A stretch of 64,000 bases of DNA, from sequence record PQ471516.1. One strand, written 5' to 3'. Of the stretch, positions 45,659 to 55,184 are shown piece after piece. The notes under the pieces are model-generated. The model saw only the letters and a list, made by a program, of their open reading frames with translations, was not told the origin of the DNA and made no database searches. The stretch's first letter is position 1, and the number at the start of each line of letters is the position of its first letter. Made by a program: the position numbers and the translations under genes.

Positions 45659-46239
45659 TGGAACTAAATTTCAGTACTTTACTAAAGTTCATTCATCCAG
45701 TACTTTGGGTACTAAAGAATAGAAAATCAGAACATGATACTGTTCAGTACAGTAATGATTACTACAGTCTATTGTGCGGGGTTTATGCTGATGGTGGTTC
45801 CATTATTATGGAGTACAAAGAAGCCAGTGCAAGGGGAACCAATCTAAGAATCGAATTACGCCTACCACTGTACGTAATTAAAAAGGATACACTACTCTTA
45901 AGGGACATTGATTCAAAAAACCGCATTCGTGCTAATATGTTTATTGCCCAGAATACTGAAGAAGAACTATCAGTAAGTGATAACACCGAAAAGACAGAGA
46001 CAGGTGCATATACTATTGACACCTTCAGTGAAGAATGGTATTTTCAAAACAGCCTTCTTCATCATTTACGCCCGTATCAGGATACAAAATCGTTATGGGA
46101 TATCTATCAAGTACTGAAATGTTGGGACGGGGGTTCTATTGATATGTTATCAGAGATGACTTCAAACTATTCCAACAGCACTATTGACACGGATGAAGTA
46201 CTGAAAAAACTATGGAGCATGGTTGCTACTATAGACTAA
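45658..46239 (+). CDS. FQ-motif family protein
   Basis: EEWYFQNSLLH. Confidence 0.85.
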   Translation: MELNFSTLLKFIHPVLWVLKNRKSEHDTVQYSNDYYSLLCGVYADGGSIIMEYKEASARGTNLRIELRLPLYVIKKDTLLLRDIDSKNRIRANMFIAQNTEEELSVSDNTEKTETGAYTIDTFSEEWYFQNSLLHHLRPYQDTKSLWDIYQVLKCWDGGSIDMLSEMTSNYSNSTIDTDEVLKKLWSMVATID

Positions 46240-46305
46240 AAAAACGAGCCGGAGTGTTGACTTCGGCTTTTTTGTTTGGTACTATATCTAAAAATAGGAG
46301 GATTT

Positions 46306-46860
46306 ATGAGTTCAAGTTGTGACACCTTGTTTGAGCTATGCACCGATTCGCAGTTTGAAGGATGGGTGGATAAAGTTAATCAATTAAGCGAACGTTATGT
46401 ACGTTTCGTACAACTCGGTGAGTCTTTAAGTAACTGGCCGTTTACTGAGACTGGGGAAAGAGGAAGATTAAGTTATAAATGTGATGCAGTGCGTTTAATT
46501 TTATCATATAATGATTACCCATTACTAAGATTATATCCACGTTCAAGAAATTCCAATAATTTGAATAATATAATCACACCACTATTTTTAACTTATAATA
46601 GTCACAGTACTACACGATTAAAAATCAACAATGATATGCCAGGGGACGATATATTAACCGTGTATGACATAATGTACAGTCCAGATGAGCATTTCCAGTG
46701 CAGTACTCTATATAGTGTTCCTACCTATGAGAACGCTATTAAAACATTGGAGTTGATGCACAGTATTCAAGTCCAAAGTGAACTATCATTAACGATGGAG
46801 TATTGTTTCTTCAATCATGATATTCTTAATAATCTAGATACAATTTTATACGGGTACTAA
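46306..46860 (+). CDS. FQ-motif family protein
   Basis: PDEHFQCSTLY; RBS AGGAGG. Confidence 0.85.
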   Translation: MSSSCDTLFELCTDSQFEGWVDKVNQLSERYVRFVQLGESLSNWPFTETGERGRLSYKCDAVRLILSYNDYPLLRLYPRSRNSNNLNNIITPLFLTYNSHSTTRLKINNDMPGDDILTVYDIMYSPDEHFQCSTLYSVPTYENAIKTLELMHSIQVQSELSLTMEYCFFNHDILNNLDTILYGY

Positions 46861-46861
46861 T

Positions 46862-47476
46862 ATGCGTAAAGAATATGTTCAATCTTTTGCTATGTTGCAG
46901 CATTTAGAAGAAGTCCTACCACAGTGCATCAATTTTCAAAAAAGTATATACAAGAAGTACAGTATTTGTTCTTATATGTCACTCCAACATAAGAAGTCGA
47001 ATTTCTATACAGTGTATGATGATTATAATATCTTCTTAAAAAAGAACGGGTGTGACCTTCTTCATATTGAAAAGTGCAGTCCTAACAAAAATGACTACAG
47101 TGATGAATATGTGTTTATGCCTGAATATGATGAAGTGTATATTAACCCATGTTCGGATTTCACATTTCTGTTGCACAGCGATGACGATGACTCTGTTTAT
47201 GATGTTTATGGCGTGTATAATGCAAAGTCTAAGATAATGTCATATGATGGCATTGACTTTAAAATTAAAACTAAAGATGATTGCGAAGCAGCACTTGCAC
47301 AAATCTTGACATTAACTAATGTAACTATCAGTACAGACGAAGTGTGGAGTATGATTTCAGTACTTACTTCTTTATACAGAAATAAAGATATACGTAATTT
47401 TAATATATCTTTTACTGAAACGTTTGATATTAAAAATAAACTGGTAACTGGAAATGAACTATTCGAATCTAATTGA
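46862..47476 (+). CDS. Hypothetical protein
   Basis: 204-aa ORF coupled to neighbours. Confidence 0.8.
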   Translation: MRKEYVQSFAMLQHLEEVLPQCINFQKSIYKKYSICSYMSLQHKKSNFYTVYDDYNIFLKKNGCDLLHIEKCSPNKNDYSDEYVFMPEYDEVYINPCSDFTFLLHSDDDDSVYDVYGVYNAKSKIMSYDGIDFKIKTKDDCEAALAQILTLTNVTISTDEVWSMISVLTSLYRNKDIRNFNISFTETFDIKNKLVTGNELFESN

Positions 47477-48050
47477 AAATGCAAGAAACCTGAAAGGAAT
47501 CAAAAACCTTTGGAGTACCTATGAATTTAATTTTCCTAAAAGTTCAGGTCTAGAAAGTTTAAATGTAGATATCAAATTCCGTTATAATAATGGCATGACT
47601 GGAAAGATTAGGCTACATAAACTGGGTGTTACGTTCTATGATGACTGCGACCACAGTGTAGGTTTGGTAGAGTTCATTGACAACATGCAACAGGGTGAAA
47701 ATTACATATGTAGTAGGATTGGTTCTGATGATTCTGAATTTATCATCGGTAATGGTTTACAGTTCCATCTCACTGAAGACTGGGATGAAGATTATTATGT
47801 GTATGATTATGAAAGTAAAAACATTTTTGATGAGAGTGATACTCTTGTCACAGACCTCAACGAGCGTATCTTCCAGAAGAGTACTGTCCAAGATAATGTA
47901 AGAACTCCAGAAGAAATTGTTGTCATGTGCAATGCGTATGATACACTTATGGATATTATGAAAACTGATGGTATCCAGTACATTTATCTTTGCGATGATG
48001 TATACGTGAACCAAATTCTGAAACGACTTGAGACATTTACTAAGAGGTAG
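47454..48050 (+). CDS. FQ-motif family protein
   Basis: NERIFQKSTVQ. Confidence 0.8.
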   Translation: MNYSNLIENARNLKGIKNLWSTYEFNFPKSSGLESLNVDIKFRYNNGMTGKIRLHKLGVTFYDDCDHSVGLVEFIDNMQQGENYICSRIGSDDSEFIIGNGLQFHLTEDWDEDYYVYDYESKNIFDESDTLVTDLNERIFQKSTVQDNVRTPEEIVVMCNAYDTLMDIMKTDGIQYIYLCDDVYVNQILKRLETFTKR

Positions 48051-48052
48051 TT

Positions 48053-48469
48053 ATGTTACTGTATCATGCCAGCCCAGTTAAAATTGAAAACTTTTACATT
48101 CCATTCGGTGGTTTGCATCTGGGCGGCAAGAACAGTGCACTGGAAGCTGCCCTACGCAAGCTGAGAAGCCCTCTGAACGTCGTAGACGCTAATACGGTAC
48201 ATCTGCATACCTGTGAGGTTAACGTCTCTAAAGTGTATTACAGCGATGATTTGGGTAGTGATGATTCATGGCGTGAGCTTATTGAGTACTGCCAAGCTAA
48301 TGGCTATGATGCAGTACAGTACAAGAATGAGTTCGAGCCTGATGCTGTTCCTAGCTACATGATTTGGGATGTATCTAACATTCGCATCGTTGAAGTTGAT
48401 CCTATGCATATGGATGATGCAGAAATGATTTTGGAGGATTTCTATGCAGAATATGAAGGACAATCTTGA
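48053..48469 (+). CDS. ADP-ribosyltransferase-like protein (ART-PolyVal-like)
   Basis: LLYHAS...F...GGLHLG and GYDAVQYKNEFE...SYMIW...I match the YHG(S/T)...GYDG..Y.N..E....Y..F pattern. Confidence 0.55.
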   Translation: MLLYHASPVKIENFYIPFGGLHLGGKNSALEAALRKLRSPLNVVDANTVHLHTCEVNVSKVYYSDDLGSDDSWRELIEYCQANGYDAVQYKNEFEPDAVPSYMIWDVSNIRIVEVDPMHMDDAEMILEDFYAEYEGQS

Positions 48470-48977
48470 GTGCACTAAGGTAATCTTGAAGATTGCTGAA
48501 ATTTTCAGTACTTTATTGAGCGATGGAAAGATTACAGATGATCTGGTTCTTCCATACCCGTGGAAATTTTCTAAATTTTCTATATTTTATAAATTAGAAT
48601 ACAAAGAACATGCTGTACTGGAGTTTAATCCTAAAGCTGATTTCATTGAGAATAGTACACTGTTCGGGAAGAGTGGGTGCTATACATCGGACTTCAAAAA
48701 GATTACTACGCATATTCGTCCTTCTCCAGAAGAAAACGAGTTCCATTCATTTCTGTATCCTGAATTTAAGTTAACAGAAGAACTACTATTTCAGTACTCA
48801 TTATTGTTCGAAGATGTACAAGATTTAGAGTTCTATAAAGAGTTAGTAGAAACTTTTAAGAATGTGAACCTTAAAAAAGATATTCTTATATTCTGGTTCA
48901 TGGAGTATATTTCGAAGGATTTGCTAGATGAGTTTCTTCTAAATATGACAGCAATTAAGGAGAAGTTATATGCTTGA
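48453..48977 (+). CDS. FQ-motif family protein
   Basis: EELLFQYSLLF. Confidence 0.85.
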   Translation: MKDNLECTKVILKIAEIFSTLLSDGKITDDLVLPYPWKFSKFSIFYKLEYKEHAVLEFNPKADFIENSTLFGKSGCYTSDFKKITTHIRPSPEENEFHSFLYPEFKLTEELLFQYSLLFEDVQDLEFYKELVETFKNVNLKKDILIFWFMEYISKDLLDEFLLNMTAIKEKLYA

Positions 48978-49443
48978 CATTTTAGGTAATATTGATACAG
49001 TAAACTATTTCGTACAAGATGCATTGGTTGGGATTACATCTAAGCCATTGCAGGTTCGCAACAATTTCCATCAGGGTGATGGATACATAGTGGACATTAC
49101 TGAACCGAAAAAGAATGTATTCAATGTTAACATTGCAACAACAGGTCGTAACAATATCGCACGAATTATCATTGACAAGAATGAAATTGTTCTTCGTTAC
49201 AATGCTAAGTTCATGATGTTCTTCAAGAGTAAGACTGACATGTTCAGTACTAATCTCTTTGATGAACCATTTAAATTAGAAGATATCGAAGCAGTGTTCT
49301 TTACACAGAGTACGTGCTTTAAGTTCAAAGATGTAGAATTCAGTCCTGATGTAATGGCTGAAACTTTACAAATGCTAAGGATTATCTATTATGGGTTTAA
49401 TGAGTTTGCACAAGAACGAAACCAGGTTAACAACTGTAGATGA
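48970..49443 (+). CDS. FQ-motif family protein (divergent)
   Basis: EAVFFTQSTCF. Confidence 0.8.
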   Translation: MLDILGNIDTVNYFVQDALVGITSKPLQVRNNFHQGDGYIVDITEPKKNVFNVNIATTGRNNIARIIIDKNEIVLRYNAKFMMFFKSKTDMFSTNLFDEPFKLEDIEAVFFTQSTCFKFKDVEFSPDVMAETLQMLRIIYYGFNEFAQERNQVNNCR

Positions 49444-49849
49444 AACAATCGAGGCAGTACTGGCGAATCTTAGCTCCAAGAGGGATTACTGGTACAAAGG
49501 TATCCGTCTGTATCGTTTAACTGATCGTCACAATCAGGTTACAAATCAGTACGGTACACAGCAAGTCAAGTTCACTGCCTCAAAACGTAACACAGGGTTT
49601 GAAATTTCATGTGTAGTGTTAAATCTAAGTAAAAAACTTCTTGAATGCAATGAAGATTGTGCTATAATGTATGCATCTGGTAACGAAGAGATCAAGATTG
49701 ATTACAGTACACTAGATGAAATTGACTTCTTTCAGTACGAATGCATTGGCATTCAGACTCTGGGAGTTTCTCATGATAAACTGAAGAAACTAATTCATAC
49801 ATTAAAGGGTATAATTGAACATGCAAGTAACTCCGCGTCTAAAGCTTAA
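49400..49849 (+). CDS. FQ-motif family protein
   Basis: DYSTLDEIDFFQYECIG; start uncertain. Confidence 0.8.
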   Translation: MSLHKNETRLTTVDETIEAVLANLSSKRDYWYKGIRLYRLTDRHNQVTNQYGTQQVKFTASKRNTGFEISCVVLNLSKKLLECNEDCAIMYASGNEEIKIDYSTLDEIDFFQYECIGIQTLGVSHDKLKKLIHTLKGIIEHASNSASKA

Positions 49850-50324
49850 TTTAGAAAAAATTGCTGATTGTCTTCGTACTAACAATATGGATCATAGTCT
49901 TTCGATTACAAGTGACCATATCCAATGTAGTACTAATGATTATACCGTACTGTTCGGGTTTCATAGCCTACGTTTGTCAGTAGTAAATAATCATGATGAC
50001 ACAGCAATTGTCATTACACCTTGTGATGTACTGAACAATGAAGGTGAAGTACTTCACAAGAAACAAACCGTATTCCATATCTTCAGGGGTGATGAGCCAC
50101 AAGCATTGGAATACGATACACTGAACGTTGATAGTGGTGAATTGTTCCAGTTGGGTTTAGTACACGATTGTACTTTCATGGATAACCGAGTAATTCTTCC
50201 TTTGTTGTTGAATATTCTGGTTAACCTTACAACATCTTCAATCCGACACTTCAACGATTCTATTTTAGTACAGGCGATGATAAACGTTTCAGAGGCAATC
50301 GAGGAATACAAAGTCGCCAGTTAA
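49821..50324 (+). CDS. FQ-motif family protein
   Basis: SGELFQLGLVH. Confidence 0.85.
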   Translation: MQVTPRLKLNLEKIADCLRTNNMDHSLSITSDHIQCSTNDYTVLFGFHSLRLSVVNNHDDTAIVITPCDVLNNEGEVLHKKQTVFHIFRGDEPQALEYDTLNVDSGELFQLGLVHDCTFMDNRVILPLLLNILVNLTTSSIRHFNDSILVQAMINVSEAIEEYKVAS

Positions 50325-50364
50325 CCAATGCACAGGGAGTGCGATAAAGGATCAAGGATAGATC

Positions 50365-50838
50365 ATGGAGACGAAAACTGTTGAGAACGGAAAGATAGAT
50401 GACATTTTAGATTTGGACGCATTTAAAGTTCATGATATAATGTTCAATGTTAAAGACATTATTCAGTGTCTTTTCTTATGTAGCAAAACTATGCATGACT
50501 ACTTTCACAACCCAAATACTAACATCTTTATACTTACTATTAGTACTGAAAACTCTTTCATCATGGGTATGCCTATGAGTACTAATGAAAAGTACATTGA
50601 TAGTGTAATCCGTAATAATGAGAACATAACCCCACAATCTGAAGTTCATAAAAAGAAAAACACTTATACAATTAAAGATGACAAGATAATGATGTGCTGC
50701 ACTAAAGGTTTCATCTTAGATAATTTTAAAATCAAAGATAGTTATCATGATTTTAGAGTATCGGAGAAACAAACTAATGTAGTTTTATATGCCACCGATA
50801 TTGAAAGCCTAACAGTTAAAGATCCTGATTTGGAGTAA
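50365..50838 (+). CDS. Hypothetical protein
   Basis: RBS AAGGA. Confidence 0.8.
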   Translation: METKTVENGKIDDILDLDAFKVHDIMFNVKDIIQCLFLCSKTMHDYFHNPNTNIFILTISTENSFIMGMPMSTNEKYIDSVIRNNENITPQSEVHKKKNTYTIKDDKIMMCCTKGFILDNFKIKDSYHDFRVSEKQTNVVLYATDIESLTVKDPDLE

Positions 50839-50840
50839 TT

Positions 50841-50972
50841 ATGGCTAAAAATGTAAACAACTTCGTTCAGAAACACATGAATGAGTTTAACAAACCTCAA
50901 ACCCATGTGGATCGCAAAAAAGCGATGAAGAATGGAAAAACAAAACACAAGTCGAGATATATTCTCGACTAA
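50841..50972 (+). CDS. Small basic protein of a type common in T4-like phages (43 aa)
   Basis: KHMNEFNKPQTHVDRKKAMKNG..KHK; RBS GGAG. Confidence 0.65.
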   Translation: MAKNVNNFVQKHMNEFNKPQTHVDRKKAMKNGKTKHKSRYILD

Positions 50973-50992
50973 TTTTTTTGCCTGGAGAAAGT

Positions 50993-51826
50993 ATGAAAGA
51001 ATTTGATTACAAAAGTAAGTCAGTACTGGAATACATTGAATTACTAAATTCTAAAAATATTCCATTCGATGATACCAAGCTCCTTGGAAATGGAGATGAA
51101 AATTCATATAGTACTGAAAACTATGTAATCATTATTTCAAATGCAGCACCTGATATTGACATTACTGTACATAAGAAAAATAATACCGCAGTGTTTATGT
51201 ATACTCAAGATAGTAAATCAGAGTACTTACATTTCAGAGATATGAATTACTACAAAGAGAATGGTGAATTTATACTCAAATACAATGTACTAAAGAATAT
51301 CGAATTAAAAAAAGCCCGATACTTTGATGGTGCTTATGACGTTAAAAGTTCAGATAAGCTTTGTATATTCACAATGCATAAAAATGTAGAAAAAGACAAT
51401 GGATGGGTTGAATTTGAAACTAAGTTCAATGAACATGAAGTTTCAAATTTGTCAATACAAGAACGTTATGAAGGTTCAGATGTAGTGTGCAGTGCTGCTT
51501 ACTTTCGTGCATATGATGACAAAACGAAACGTATACAAATGCAAAACATTGACATTACGTTCAATGAAGGGTATAGTACTGTTACTATTTCTTCAGGATA
51601 TCGAAACAAGTTTACATTTGAGGTAGCAGTTCCAGACGGGTCAATACTACACATGTTTGACCCTGAATATATGTTCCAAGTTGAATTAACACTTGACACT
51701 GAGCAGTACGATAAATTACAATTTATTAGAAATTCAATCCAAGAAAAATTGGAATTATACCACTTACTAGGTGGAAAGAATCACAAAGCAACAATAGCAT
51801 TACAAAATATCAAAAGTAAAAGGTAG
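50993..51826 (+). CDS. Hypothetical protein with C-terminal FQ-like motif
   Basis: PEYMFQVELTL; RBS GGAG. Confidence 0.8.
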   Translation: MKEFDYKSKSVLEYIELLNSKNIPFDDTKLLGNGDENSYSTENYVIIISNAAPDIDITVHKKNNTAVFMYTQDSKSEYLHFRDMNYYKENGEFILKYNVLKNIELKKARYFDGAYDVKSSDKLCIFTMHKNVEKDNGWVEFETKFNEHEVSNLSIQERYEGSDVVCSAAYFRAYDDKTKRIQMQNIDITFNEGYSTVTISSGYRNKFTFEVAVPDGSILHMFDPEYMFQVELTLDTEQYDKLQFIRNSIQEKLELYHLLGGKNHKATIALQNIKSKR

Positions 51827-51845
51827 TTAAAGGAGAGGATTTAGT

Positions 51846-52139
51846 ATGGATACTAAATTTACAATAAAGTTTCTAGATGAGCCATGTATTCCATATATTG
51901 GTGACAGGTTCAAGCCTTATGGGGCGAAGGAAGTTACGCACCCTGATGGCAAAACAATATATTTGGCCCCAGCGTCTTATGAGCGAGCAGTTGAAATGCT
52001 TATCATGAATACTAAGCATTGCAAAGACAAATATATTAGTTACTTATACAATGAACATGTGTTAGACTTCAATGACGAAAACATGTTTGTACTGGTAGTT
52101 TCAGATTTTAGTACTTGGCACGAACATCTGTTGTACTAA
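51846..52139 (+). CDS. Hypothetical protein
   Basis: RBS GAGGA. Confidence 0.8.
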   Translation: MDTKFTIKFLDEPCIPYIGDRFKPYGAKEVTHPDGKTIYLAPASYERAVEMLIMNTKHCKDKYISYLYNEHVLDFNDENMFVLVVSDFSTWHEHLLY

Positions 52140-52208
52140 AATAAATTGTGGACATTTAAATCCCTTATGATATAATGTTCGCATCTTTTTTGATAAACGG
52201 AGATATAC

Positions 52209-52595
52209 ATGAATACAAGTTCAGTTCTAAAAGCGATTGGCGGTGTCCTTCTAATTGAAGTTCTAGGTGAGTCAAAACTCTGCTGCGTAGAAGACATGAA
52301 GAGTACTAAATTCTTCAGTACTGGTCAAATCTTCAATGCGATTCGCGTACTGAATGATAAGACTGTTGAAGACTACGGCAAGGTTTGGCCTCAATACCGA
52401 AACCAAGATGGTGAAATCAGTACTGATTGGAAAACCTTAGAAGCAGTTCGTGAAAGCTGCAATAGCGATTGGGAATTCGTTATTGAAGTATGTGACCAAC
52501 TACAAGAAGACGTTCCTGATGTTATCGAACGTAAAGAAGTACAAGCACAACTTGAAAAGTTCCGTCATGGTACACTACCATACGATCTTATCTAA
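52209..52595 (+). CDS. Hypothetical protein
   Basis: Promoter TGGACA 52149-N16-TATAAT, RBS GGAG. Confidence 0.85.
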   Translation: MNTSSVLKAIGGVLLIEVLGESKLCCVEDMKSTKFFSTGQIFNAIRVLNDKTVEDYGKVWPQYRNQDGEISTDWKTLEAVRESCNSDWEFVIEVCDQLQEDVPDVIERKEVQAQLEKFRHGTLPYDLI

Positions 52596-52647
52596 TCTGC
52601 GATTTATCAAAAACATCTAATTAACATTATATAAAAAGGAATTTAAA

Positions 52648-52950
52648 ATGGAAGACAACGGAATGAAATTTGACATGTTTGAAGGTGTACCAGAGTACGA
52701 TTTCACGAAGATTGAAGAAGGTGAACAATCTGAAGTAGTTAGTGTTACACTAAAAGCTGATTCCAAAAAGAAACCAGCAGAGCGTCGTGCTCGTTCCCAA
52801 GAAGAATATGAAACCTTCATCGAGAGCGTACACTACGAAACGTTCTATACTAAAGATGGTGCACCATATGAAGTTCGCGTTACAGTACTGAAGCCTGAAG
52901 TGAACCCACTTGAGAACCTAAAACCAGTCTATTGTTGGGCATCACATTAA
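52648..52950 (+). CDS. Acidic hypothetical protein
   Basis: RBS AAGGA; terminator-like hairpin about 52958-52988. Confidence 0.85.
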   Translation: MEDNGMKFDMFEGVPEYDFTKIEEGEQSEVVSVTLKADSKKKPAERRARSQEEYETFIESVHYETFYTKDGAPYEVRVTVLKPEVNPLENLKPVYCWASH

Positions 52951-53003
52951 TAGACACGAGGCTGGGATATAATCCTGGCCTTTTTTTTATTCAGAGGATT
53001 TAA

Positions 53004-53951
53004 ATGAAATTATACCTAATTCCATGTTATGATGTTGAAGATTACAATTACGCAGAAGATAGCGAAGGTGGTAATCACGCTACCGATATGAATGTATTCA
53101 GCGTAAGTACTCATAAGCATGAACGTTATACTAACTTTAGTACTTTTCTTCAATATAATACTTTTGAAAATTTGACATTTCGCCAGCGTTACAATGCTTA
53201 CGAATACCAACTAATTGATATTTCCGATGATCTAACTTTTCAATTCATGCTATTAGGTCTAAAGGATTTTGATTTCATTGCGTATAATCATAAAACTAAG
53301 AAGATCTATGTAGGTAATAATTCATATCGCATTGCAGGATTAGCATCTGATCCTAGTGAAGAAGAACCAGAACAAGCTAATGCTTCAAGTTCGACTTCAT
53401 TAGCGGGTCGTCGTCGTGCACAATCAAAACAAAATTCTGCGTATGGTGGTCGTAGTAATAGACCATCACAGCGTATGTTTACGTTCAATTCACCACAAGA
53501 AGATCCAGTACCATACGATGAAGAACAAGAAGTTCAGATTCGCATTGACAGTACTAATGGATACGATGAAATTAAAAAAGAATTAATGGTTTACATGGAA
53601 GATATCTACTACAAGATGTTCACTAAAACTGCAATTCATTTACGTAGTTCAGGTAGACATATCATCGGTGAACAGTCTAATAGTCTGTTTAGTGATGATG
53701 GATATTCATCTGTGTATGACCCAAATTCAGTTCGTAACGTAAATCCAGTAGGTTACAAACGTACTAATTCAGCTTATGATGAAGCACTACAATTGACCAC
53801 TGAAGAGTTTGGTTTTCTGTTCGAAGCATACTTGAACGATGATGAATTGTGGATTAATACACAAAAGAAAATCCATCCCCGACACCAGGAATGCATTCGT
53901 GCTTATACTTGTGATGCATGGAAAAAGTTCACAGAATGTGAGACAAAATAA
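53004..53951 (+). CDS. Hypothetical protein with central low-complexity linker
   Basis: 315-aa ORF, RBS GAGGA. Confidence 0.85.
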   Translation: MKLYLIPCYDVEDYNYAEDSEGGNHATDMNVFSVSTHKHERYTNFSTFLQYNTFENLTFRQRYNAYEYQLIDISDDLTFQFMLLGLKDFDFIAYNHKTKKIYVGNNSYRIAGLASDPSEEEPEQANASSSTSLAGRRRAQSKQNSAYGGRSNRPSQRMFTFNSPQEDPVPYDEEQEVQIRIDSTNGYDEIKKELMVYMEDIYYKMFTKTAIHLRSSGRHIIGEQSNSLFSDDGYSSVYDPNSVRNVNPVGYKRTNSAYDEALQLTTEEFGFLFEAYLNDDELWINTQKKIHPRHQECIRAYTCDAWKKFTECETK

Positions 53952-53969
53952 AAATTAGTGATATAATCT

Positions 53970-54002
53970 AAGGTGATAGCAGAGTTGTTATCACCTTTTT
54001 TT
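53970..54002 (+). terminator. Intrinsic terminator overlapping a promoter start site
   Basis: AAGGTGATAGCA-GAGT-TGTTATCACCTT plus T tract; TATAAT at 53962-53967. Confidence 0.75.
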
Positions 54003-54570
54003 AATCCTGAAAGGTTCCATAAGGAAATGATTAAGACCTAATCCACTCGAAAAGTAGAGGGTAGTTGAGTAGTCCTTTCAGTACGAACAGCAAAAGAAAC
54101 CCGTCAGATGTGGGCATAGTTTGAACCCCTCACGGCAATGCGGCTGTATAAAGAACTCCGATAAGCACACAGAGAGTTCCTAGATAGACATATAAGGATC
54201 GCACCTTACGAGATTTGCTAAGGGAGATTTCACTTTGAAATGCGGTCGTAATTTATACAATATAGTTGCGTCCAAAATTTGTGAAATCAAATACAAGTAC
54301 TGTTCATATGGTATTTGTATTATGTGTCGGGATGTTTAAGACCGACGACCGTTGCTACAAGAACCGCAATAGAGAGAAACAGAGCAACCCGCTTTCGCCC
54401 CAGTACTGGGAATTTGTGATATGAATATGTGAAGACCATCAGCGTCAAACTTTTTGTTCTTTCCCCTGCGGGGGGATGAAATATGTTCAAACAAATCCCG
54501 TCAATATTAATTAAACTACTAATAAAGTTGAATTAGACATGCGAAGCGTGTATAATTCAACCGATTTTTA
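53974..54570 (+). ncRNA. Candidate large structured non-coding RNA
   Basis: About 600 nt with no ORF of 60 aa or more, several local helices, bounded by a promoter and a 3' hairpin; strand inferred. Confidence 0.4.
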
Positions 54571-54625
54571 TTGAGTGCTAACGAGATAAAAGTCGTGTAC
54601 ATCCATTGATGTTTCCATAGGAATA

Positions 54626-55168
54626 ATGATGTCTACAAGAAAATCAAGTGTAAGTATTGTGTATAAGTCAAGTAATTTTTTGGATTGTAATGAACCTCAA
54701 GACTTTGAGAGTTTTAGTGGTTTTCAAATTATCAGAGAACGAGGTAAGCTCTCTTATATCAGAGAACTACAAGACGGAATTGAGATTACATCTATTAAAT
54801 TCAGACCTACACAAATACCCACAATCCTCAAAGCACAATATGGTAATTACTTCGAAGAGAGATACAACGGGAACACTATCAGTTCTAAGTGTCACTTAAT
54901 CAACGGAGATTTAGAAGGAGAGTACAGAAAGTATAGCCCCGATGGAACGTGCATTGGCGTTAAATATTACTGTTCAGGAGTCGATGTAACCCAGGAAATC
55001 ATTGACTTTTTGAAATTAAATTGCACAGTACTGACAATACATGAGTATAAGTTCACGGAAGAAGAAGAGTTTGTACTTATGGTCAGATACGGTTCACATT
55101 TTAAGTTTTACTATGAATATAACATTGACAGTAGTACTTTTGATAATATAGTACTTAACTGTCTATAA
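54626..55168 (+). CDS. Hypothetical protein (beta-repeat-like, FQ-like C-terminus)
   Basis: GDLEGEYRKYSPDG resembles a MORN-like turn; EEEEFVLMVRY. Confidence 0.75.
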   Translation: MMSTRKSSVSIVYKSSNFLDCNEPQDFESFSGFQIIRERGKLSYIRELQDGIEITSIKFRPTQIPTILKAQYGNYFEERYNGNTISSKCHLINGDLEGEYRKYSPDGTCIGVKYYCSGVDVTQEIIDFLKLNCTVLTIHEYKFTEEEEFVLMVRYGSHFKFYYEYNIDSSTFDNIVLNCL

Positions 55169-55184
55169 TCAAAGGATTGATAAA

